DNA of 64,000 nucleotides from Microthyrium microscopicum. Lineage: Eukaryota. Within the stretch, counting starts at the first letter, position 1. Each line of letters starts with the position of its first letter. Of this stretch, positions 1-8,346 are shown piece after piece. Position numbers and translations under genes: made by a program. The stretch covers positions 2,886,627-2,950,626 of the forward strand of contig MU004230.1 of assembly GCA_010405405.1 (NCBI GenBank), given 5' to 3'. Under the pieces are notes generated by a model. That model saw nothing but the letters and a program-made list of their open reading frames with translations, did no database searches and was not told where the DNA came from.

Positions 1-255
1 GAAGGTTATAGTACAGTGCTATGTTGGTCAGCCAGTGAATCTTGGAAAATTCGGGGTATTACGGATGGCCATGGGTGCTCCGCTCGCGTGCGATTTGGCA
101 ATTGATATGGATCGGTTTGAGGTCGTGGTAAGGAAGGATGAACAAGTGCTTGATAAAATGATGGTTCTCGCTAAATATTATGAGAGAATATAAACTTACC
201 CATTTAAGGCGCCCCCATGGGCCAAGACATTCACATGATGGTGCTGTTTACCAAG

Positions 256-546
256 TCAGTAATTGTCCAGTTCCAATTGCCATGGAAGTTTGCCACGAAG
301 AGCAGCTGTGAACCTCTTAAGAGGGTAGCGATGTAAATTTAATACCATGGATGCAACCACCAGCTCTGGCTTTTGAATGGCCATGTCCCAAAAGAACTTA
401 CGCCAATAGGCATCGCGTAACAGGTCCAAATGAACCGCCAAATACAACAAAATCTCCGGGGCGAATACGACAAGAACGAAGACGACGGCCGCCATCCAAA
501 CTAGTAGGCGGGTTATGGCGCGCATAATGCGCTGGAGGAATGGCAT
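256..546 (-). CDS. possible small membrane protein (96 aa), unverified
   Basis: ORF starts at a true ATG and has one hydrophobic stretch (LLVWMAAVVFVLVVFAPEILLYLAV). No family recognised. Confidence 0.3.
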   Translation of the reverse strand: MPFLQRIMRAITRLLVWMAAVVFVLVVFAPEILLYLAVHLDLLRDAYWRKFFWDMAIQKPELVVASMVLNLHRYPLKRFTAALRGKLPWQLELDNY

Positions 547-1272
547 ATTGCCTTGTTGCTGTTGCTGTTGCTATTGCTGTGATGAGTGATTGTGGTCGAC
601 AGGTTTGAAGGTCTTGGAGTTGCTCAACAAGTTGATGTTGTGGGAAGACTGGAAGTGTCAATTTCGAATTTGGGGAGCAACACGGGGGTAATGCTGAAAA
701 TAACAACCGCAAGTGGATGACCGATACACGTTGTTCATGCTTCTCCCCTGAGTAGTTCTTTCTAGGATAATACATATGGTTTCACTCTGAATAGCCTCTC
801 AATTCCATTACGTTTATATACATTTGCCAACTACGCAATACAGCATGAAGCTTTATTATTCGCGGCACTGATAGCCAGAATCGCCAAGCCTGAGCTTGTC
901 ATGCTTGTAGCGTCCTAGGTCTTCGAAATCGTCCACAATGGCTCACTGACCAACTCCCAAACACCCTCCTATCTGCTTAGCATAATCACACCCACATTGT
1001 TTAAACATTCCAAAACTCCTCGCGTCCACTATATACAATCGCACAAAGCGCCGGGGATAGTTTTTATTAGTTTTGAGGTTGGTGGTGCGAAGTGACGCGG
1101 CTTGTTGACAACCTGTTGTCGAAACTTGACCAGCCAAAATCGCATCGAAGAATGGATTTTTGGTCTATTTCTTCGAAACAACTTCACGGATACAGTTGAG
1201 CTTCATCTTAATAGCCAGCTCCGCTTCATATTCACGTCGCTGCATGTCGGATAGTCTCACTCTCGTCCCAAG

Positions 1273-1822
1273 GTATGACATCGCTAGTCTCATTTTCAGC
1301 ACACTGCGTGCTCAAAATCCGCTCAAATTCGCGTTTTGCACCTTCTGCCCTAATAACTGACTTAAATATCAGGCTGAGATAACTCGAAGCTTCATCCACT
1401 CTTCAATCTCCAGGATTGGCCTAACAGCATCTTTCAGCCTCACACAAGCATCCCGATAACCTTCATATTGACCAGTAAGTCTCAATGTCCTGTAGCTCCA
1501 TAACACTCCATGGCTAGCATAGAACGCCACGGTGTTACGTGCCCGAAGAACCGTCTATCTCTTTCAGCGCGTGCTGGCTGGCTTCTACAAGATTCTTACA
1601 TCAACCTTACACTGACGAATAATTTAGTCAAAGCCTCTGAAGTACGTTTTCCCATTACGCTTTTTTCCAACTGCTTTTCATGATGATCAAACATTATTCC
1701 AAAAGAGTCTTCATGCTTAGCGCCTGTTGACGGTGAAAACAACACAAATGCTATTTTCTGAACAGTCAAAGCTCACAGCTGCTGGTATTTCTACTTACAT
1801 GGCGACATGCTAATACGTCTAG
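1273..1822 (+). ncRNA. putative spliced non-coding host transcript (three introns; true ends unknown)
   Basis: Three canonical introns: 1273-1372 (GTATGA/ACTGAC/CAG), 1475-1627 (GTAAGT/ACTGAC/TAG) and 1642-1822 (GTACGT/GCTAAT/TAG), with a 14-nt exon at 1628-1641. No convincing ORF. Confidence 0.55.
1676..1766 (+). ncRNA. intronic box C/D snoRNA candidate
   Basis: Box C ATGATGA at 1680-1686 and box D CTGA at 1758-1761. Complementary flanks ACTG..TTCA / TGAACAGT. Lies inside intron 1642-1822, with box D 61 nt from the 3' splice site. Confidence 0.65.
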
Positions 1823-3226
1823 GAACAACAATTCTTTCAAATCAAATTGAGATAGAACTCTCTTCCGAATCCAGTTTCGGTTCGCTTTCCTTTCGATCGA
1901 CTCTGACGACCGGCGGCACATCTCCGGACCTGGAATACCACCCCCATCCTCCTCGTCGAATCCTCAATAACAAAAAGTGCAAATAATTCAAGTAGGTACA
2001 TCCCTCTGGCTCTGGACTACTGGAGTCCACAACTTCACAAGGTGGGCGATGATGATAGATTATCGCCTGCAGCGCGCGCGCATCCAATGCGGCTTTGATT
2101 AAAGACCACTGCGAGTTAGTAGCTCAAGGTGGCGACACTCGTAGCTTAGGATGCAATGGTTATCCGCGACTGGTCAGGTAAAGGGCGCAGTGATGGGTAG
2201 TGGCCCTGAGAGCGACATGCTTGGTTTTACCACCACGATGGTGGTAGTCTGAGCCCATTTTGTTATCCATATTTGATTTCATGTTTGGTTGTAAGCATCA
2301 TGAGCTAACAGTTCTATTTATACCAGATATAAAGCGCCAGAAAAAACAATAGGAAGCGGCTCCGACATCTTCGTCGTCAGAATAAAGGTCAGTGTCACCA
2401 CCGATACATTGCATTGACAAGTACTTGTCGGTCCAAGCTAACGGGTAGGCTAGGTTATTTGCTGAGACCAAAGAAGGGGACCGGAGCCTCTTCAATGTTG
2501 CCTATGATTCTAGTTTCAAGAACTGAATGTCGTGTGGTCTCACTACAGCTTCGTTGTCGAGAATACAGCCAAAGCTCCAAACAAATCCACCGTCTCAGCA
2601 CAGCTTCAAGTTTCGATTTTACCAGGTATTGCACTGGTAATCATTCATAAGGGTCATAAGCTTACCAGTTTATTCAGAGCATTACCTTACCGACGTCGAA
2701 TGCTATCATGACATTGCCGCTGAATCCTTTATTATCATTCGGTCCATTCCTGCCTCCTGAGTCACTACTCCAGCAACGAGCACCACATGGTGTTTGAACT
2801 TTACTTAAGGGTTCCTTCAAAAACAGCAAGCGCATCAAGTCTATCCACGCTTTTCGGATTGGTTGGGTTACACTTCAAGAGTCGTGGAGACATGATAGTC
2901 TCTGATACCCAACTTTCAGCATTTTGACAGTTTAGCCCCTTTTCACGAAATCATGTCAACAAATCAGTTGATAGTCCGCCACGGCGAGAATTGAAAGTTC
3001 GAACACCGATATATCTGGAGGAGAAGTCCTCGCAATGCGGCTACAGCATAGTAGCTACAGGATGACCTACTTCTTCCCTGTTCAAACATAAAATCGTTGA
3101 GAATATTGAAGAGCCAGATGCTAGCAGCTACTCCACGAAGTCGTATTCGCGGCGCGAAACTAAACACAGACAGTTGTCGTGGAAAGGTAAGTCAAAGCTT
3201 CTTTTCCTTTTGACATTCCTTTGCAA

Positions 3227-3333
3227 GTGAATGATGATTTGTTTTATCTTCATCTTCTTTTTGATCCCACTCAGGGTAAGTGAAGGTAAGTTCGGTGGGC
3301 TCCATGATATAAAAACGCAAGAAATCTGAAGGT
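3227..3333 (+). ncRNA. box C/D snoRNA-like element 1 (most divergent array member)
   Basis: Box C ATGATGA at 3231-3237, box D CTGA at 3326-3329. Internal CCCAC/GTGGG stem followed by CCATGATAT (C'-like). Confidence 0.65.
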
Positions 3334-3487
3334 TTTCACAAATTCATCTCATCCATAATCTTGGACTTGATCTGAGCTTTGCTAACATCTTCCAAACTTC
3401 TCAGATTCCTAATGCGAACTTGTTCCTATCTCGTCTCCAGTCAGTAAAGTTTTATCCCTGCTTCACTCATCCATATCCCATTGCAAC

Positions 3488-3588
3488 TTTCATGATGAAT
3501 TTTGGATCGTTTCTTTGCGAACATATCCCTCGCGGATCCGACACGAGGATTCCTGTGTGTTAATGGCATCAATCCCAATTCTGATCGA
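3488..3588 (+). ncRNA. box C/D snoRNA-like element 2
   Basis: Box C at 3492-3498, box D at 3581-3584. External stem CCCATTG/CGATGGG. Carries the conserved core CATATCCCTCGCGGA..CGACACGAG. Confidence 0.75.
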
Positions 3589-3733
3589 TGGGCATCTGTT
3601 TTCCCAGATTCAAATATTTTCTGCTTTGCCGCCTGTTGATAACTTCTATAATAGGCCTGTTCACAAAACGAGACGCGGAGATCAAAGCTAAGGTCAGTCG
3701 TGCTTACTTATTTCACAATTACCCACCCGCGCT

Positions 3734-3846
3734 CTTTATGATGAAACCATTGTACACATGTGTAGGCGTGCTTCTCTCGAGAGGCTGAAATTGCTTCGCA
3801 GCGAACATTTTTGTCCCATGGCATATATGTTACCAGTTCTGATCGA
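3734..3846 (+). ncRNA. box C/D snoRNA-like element 3
   Basis: Box C at 3738-3744, box D at 3839-3842. Keeps TTTGTCCCATGGCAT of the shared core; the rest has diverged. Confidence 0.7.
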
Positions 3847-3989
3847 TATCTTGCCTTTCTGGTCCATCTCGTCCCTTGTACGCGATTTGCTAATTCGTCA
3901 TCTTCTTCGCAGTGCAACACCTTTCCAAGACGAAAGAGTCTATAGGTCAGGCCTCCATTTCGCTCATTTCTCGTAGATCCCGACAGAGA

Positions 3990-4095
3990 ATCTCTGATGA
4001 TTGAACAAACATCTTGAGTTATTACACGCATATCCCTCACGAACACGACACAAGTTCTTTATGCCATGGCATGAAAATTTGTTCGTTCAGATTTC
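3990..4095 (+). ncRNA. box C/D snoRNA-like element 4 (degenerate boxes)
   Basis: CTGATGA at 3994-4000 and CAGA at 4088-4091 occupy the box C and D positions. Flanking stem GAGAA/TTCTC. Conserved core present. Confidence 0.6.
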
Positions 4096-4268
4096 TCATT
4101 CTTGTTGCATAGAAGTCATCGTAGTGGTACTGGAGAATTCTAATAACCCAACGAATACATGCGTAGGATCAAAAGTTTCTAAGTCGACCTAGAGCTCTAC
4201 CGTGGATTGAAAAACTAAGGTCAGTTTTCCATTTCCTTCTCCTTTAAACAGCGATTCCTCAACCTTGT

Positions 4269-4370
4269 TTCAATGATGAACAAAAAATTTCCTTTTTTGC
4301 AAACATATCCCTCGCGGATACGACACGAGTTCTTTGTGTTATGGCATAAAAATTCGCACATTCTGATTTC
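4269..4370 (+). ncRNA. box C/D snoRNA-like element 5
   Basis: Box C at 4273-4279, box D at 4363-4366. Conserved core present. Confidence 0.75.
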
Positions 4371-4538
4371 TCGTTTATCTTCCTTTGCCCCAGTCATTCT
4401 GGAGAAACTGTGCTAACTCGATGGCCACCTGCTTAGGATTGTATGCCTCTCAAGCATCTTAAAGTCCCCACCGTGAACATCAAAGTCAAAGTGAGTTCCT
4501 ATCTCTTCCTTTTTCTGTTAACAACACCTCAACCATAT

Positions 4539-4654
4539 TTCCATGATGAACAAAATTCAAAGCTTGTCCTTCTTTGCACGCATATCCCTCGCGGACACAA
4601 CACGAGTTCTTTGTGCCATGGCATAAAATTGAATCCTAATCAATTTCTGACTCT
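4539..4654 (+). ncRNA. box C/D snoRNA-like element 6
   Basis: Box C at 4543-4549, box D at 4647-4650. Conserved core present. Confidence 0.75.
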
Positions 4655-4821
4655 TCGTCTATCTTCCCTGGTCTCAGTCGTTTTGGCGAACTTGGCTAAC
4701 TCAATGGCTTCCCCGTTAGGATTGTGTGCCTGCTAATCACCTTGATATTCCTACCGCCATCACGAAGCTAATGTGAGTTCCCCAGTTCTTTCTTCTTCTA
4801 GTAGCAGCACTTCAACGTTGT

Positions 4822-4938
4822 TTCCATGATGAACCAAAATCCAAAACTTCTTCGTCATTTGCAAGCACATCCCTCGCGGACGCGACACGAGTTCTTTGTG
4901 CCATGGCATAAAAATGGTCCTTATCAAATCCTGATGTC
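4822..4938 (+). ncRNA. box C/D snoRNA-like element 7
   Basis: Box C at 4826-4832, box D at 4931-4934. Conserved core present. Confidence 0.75.
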
Positions 4939-6762
4939 TTTCTTTCTATACTTGCATACATGCCCAATGTTTTATGTTTTACTGACTTCTTGCAATTCGA
5001 GGTATTCCATGACACAAAAAAGTTGTCCCACACAGTATCATGCACCCTACCAGCTAAACTACCGGCTCCAGGTTTAGTTGCCAGAAAGGATATTAAGGCT
5101 TGTAGCTCATCGAGGTCAAAGGGCCATGCCACATCCACTATGAGCAGAGGATGGTGGCAGCCACTACCATTGAAGGAAGCATGCAATCTGACTTGTCAGT
5201 TGCCAATTCAAAGCATCTGCAATACATGGATACTTTCAATGCTAAAAAAGACTTCGAACATGGATCTCATTTCTTTTGCGATCTTGTTCACCACCTAGTA
5301 GGAATCAAATCAAGAGGACTCGCATATGATGCCTTCTTCTGATGAGACGACTTATTTTCCCTACACACAATCTTCTCAGCTTGGTTGAAAGTACTGCTAA
5401 TAGTTCCTCTTGCTTGGTCCATATCTTGTCCAGTCTCACGGTCACACCTCGATCTATCTAATTTGGATCAACAACATTTATGCTCAAAGTACTACTCATC
5501 CTCTTGTATTATACAAATCACGCCCAATTGTTTATGCGGAGATTACAGAAGCTGTCATTTTGATCCTAATGAGATTTAAGATTTCATATCTGCGTCAATG
5601 ATCAACTGTGCTGGAATACCAAAACGGACGCTTAAGCTACAACACTCACGACGCTTTTGAAAAAAAAGTTGCAAAACTGAGAGGTGTCAAGAAGCAAATA
5701 ATGCTTGCCTGCAGCGGTCGCATTCTCATTTCTACATTGTCCCGATCTCTTCGTGGAAAAGGTTAAACGCCTCATACAATGAGCAAGCTTTTTGAAAGGA
5801 GATGCTTATTGTCTAGGCCAAGGAGTCCCCTTGCTGGAGACAAGGAAGAGCTGATCATGGGCCTATCCACGAGGCAAGCTTTTATGTACGATGTGCGGGA
5901 TCCTTGGTTGTTGTATGCACGTCTTCGTTTGTTTACCCCCTGACTTTCCTCAGGTATCGGTGATGTTAGTAAAAGGGATTTAAAAAATTGTAGGCAATGG
6001 TACAACAAGTGTTAGAAGAAAACCATCGTCAATACAAATCAGAGAGAACTCTTCTCGTTAGTGAAACACAAAGCTTCATCCTGGAGAATCGCCGACTGGC
6101 TGTTTCAAAGAGCAAGGAAATAAATATCTCATGACCCGGCCATGTCTCCTCACAACATCAATGCACTCCGCGAACAAGCTCATTTAACCACCACTAGAAC
6201 GACGATCATCAAGCTCCCTGGTCATCCGGATCACCGATCTGTCAGTAAGCAGAAACCGATGAGCAACTTCGTGCCACTCAACACGAAATGTTGTCATTTC
6301 TGCGCCCAAGGTTACACTCCGTCAAGCTGCATCCACCATGATCAAATCCTTTGCCTAGCTTACCAGCTGTCTATTGGATAATTTGAAGGCCCTGCTCACT
6401 CAAGCTATACCTGTTCGCAGTGGGGAACCTTCATGAGCAGGGCTGTTCCGGTCGAAGAACAACCCAAAGGCTGGCAGATGAAAAAAGTAGAGTACAAATG
6501 ACAACCTAGGCCGGCAGACGTAATATTAAACCAATATGCCGACCGCCCGGTAGGCATACTATCTATTTAAGTAATAACTAGTCCGTGAGCCATTGGGGTT
6601 AAGGTGACCATAAAAGCTTGCCCAATTATTTCCTAACTGCAATATTAATTCTTAAAGGGCGCTATAATATCCCAGCTTTTGGTCAACATCACTAGTTGTT
6701 GTCTGTACTTGAAGCATCCCACCACTCTTGTTGGAGTCTGTTGTTGCGGTAATAATTTCGAT

Positions 6763-8224
6763 ATGGCCCGGCATCACTTGGCCGTTCTTTTTGCATGTCT
6801 GGTTTCGCAGACTCTGGCAAAGTATGATTGGCATGCTCCTCCACCAGCTGGAACAAACGATGCGCCTATACCGGTAGGGCCAGACGGAAAATATACAATT
6901 GTCTCGGAGGGAATTCGAGCTCAGTTCATTCCATATGGCGCCAGCATAACGAACCTTTTCATAAACGACACGCATAACGTGGAAAGAGACATTGTTCTGG
7001 GATTCGACAATGCAACTGCATACACTTTGGATACATCTCATCCTCATCTAGGCGGAGTTCCAGGTACGAGAAATCTGTGGAAGAATGAGTAAAGGGCAGT
7101 CGCGCTGACACGTTTGATTGAAGGTCGTTATGCGAATCGTATAAAGAACAGGTAACACGATTGGACTACGTTATATGGCTTCGTTAACGATAGTACAGTA
7201 CATTCACCATCGACGGCGTAACATCCAAGGTCATACCGAATGAGAACAACGGCGCTGATACTCTTCACGGAGGGCCTGACGGTTGGGACTATGTATGATG
7301 CCTGCTTTATGATCAATTTCAATACTAATCGAACGCAAAGCGCAACTTTACCGTAGTCAAGCACACCCGTTCGACAATCACCTTCAAAATCGATGATCCA
7401 GATGGCAAAGAAGGATTCCCAGGAGCCGTGACCTCCTACATTCACTATGGACTCTCACCATACCGGTGGCACTTCTACATGAACGCTACCGCGACCAAGG
7501 TTACACCCGTCATGCTCTCATCGCACACGTACTGGAATCTCGACGGTTTCCAAAACCCAAGCACCAATCTCGCACTCAACCACAGCCTCCTATTACCATT
7601 TTCTGGCCAGCGTGTCGACGTGGATGGCATCCTAATTCCCACGGGAAATATCATTCCAAACAAAATTGGCAGTGTCAACGACTTTTGGACAAAATCCAAG
7701 CAACTAGGCGCAGACTTGACCAAGAAGGAGGCACAAGGAAACTGCGGTACAGGGTGCACTGGCTACGACACTTGCTACCTGGTGAACCGCGAGCAATTTG
7801 GCCCCAACTATTTTGCACCACTGACTGATGGAGGCGCGTGGTGGGAGGGCGATCCAGTCGCAACAGTCCGAAGTGATTTCAGTGGCATCCAGCTTGATAT
7901 CTTTTCTGACCAGGATGCTTTCCAGGTGTACAGCTGCAATGGACAGAACAGTAAGCATGAAATGTGGTCCAAATCACACAAGGCTAATGTGTTATGACAG
8001 GTACCATGCCGCTGAAGAAAACCCAAGGCTTTTTCGGAGCAAACGCTACTTTTCCGCGCGTAGTACCACAATACGGATGTTTTGTGATGGAGGTTGAAGA
8101 TTGGATTGATGGCATAAACAATCCAGAATGGGGACGCGATGCGAAGCAAATTATTGGACCCAAAACTTTGCCATACGAGCTGGAAGCTATCTACTCATTC
8201 TCGATAGCAAACAAAAAGCAGTGA
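6763..8224 (+). CDS. secreted aldose 1-epimerase (galactose mutarotase family)
   Basis: Exons 6763-7063, 7124-7151, 7199-7292, 7341-7950, 8001-8224. Signal-peptide-like N terminus. Motifs GRYANRI, LHGG, EGFPG, HTYWNL. Confidence 0.9.
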
Positions 8225-8346
8225 GTAGGAATATATCAATAATTGAGGCAGCGATAGGGTGTAGCGAGTTTGCGTATTTGTTTCCCATATGAACGGAAGC
8301 ATAATAACGACCTAATGGAACTTGAGCGTCGTTGTCTAATGCGTTT

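Larger units (their letters stand above)
3187..5001 (+). ncRNA. non-coding multi-intron snoRNA host gene (7 introns, micro-exons; first and last exon limits unknown)
   Basis: Introns 3187-3404, 3440-3654, 3693-3912, 3946-4166, 4220-4436, 4491-4719 and 4773-5001. Donors GTAAGT/GTCAGT/GTCAGG/GTGAGT; branch sites GCTAAC/GCTAAT/ACTGAC-like. The last acceptor is a non-canonical GAG. Exons are 33-54 nt, and the joined exons hit stops in the frames I translated. Confidence 0.75.
3440..5001 (+). repeat. degenerate tandem repeat, period about 250-280 bp (exon + intron + snoRNA unit)
   Basis: The core CAYATCCCTCRCGRA..CRACACRAG(TTCTTTGTGCC)ATGGCAT recurs near 3522, 4029, 4304, 4581 and 4866. Exons 6 and 7 (GATTGTRTGCCT...) and the intron 3' ends (GCTAACTCRATGGC...TTAG) are also similar. 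Confidence 0.9.

Noticed and set aside
1687..1757. Specific rRNA or U6 targets for the 1680 snoRNA (ATTATTCCA, CAAATGCTA)
   Set aside because: Only 8-9 nt matches to sequences recalled from memory, too short to claim.
3440..5001. CRISPR array
   Set aside because: Eukaryotic context, imperfect repeats, about 250-280 bp period and no cas genes.
3490..5186. The tandem repeat read as a protein-coding repeat gene (e.g. YPSRTRHEFFVPWH on plus; FYAMAQRTRV or LCHGTKNSC on minus)
   Set aside because: Each reading frame I tried is broken by stops or frameshifts in some units. Conservation instead tracks box C/D motifs and plus-strand splice signals.
5000..6700. Short ORFs downstream of the array
   Set aside because: No family motifs or coherent exon chain; probably the host 3' exon and the epimerase promoter.
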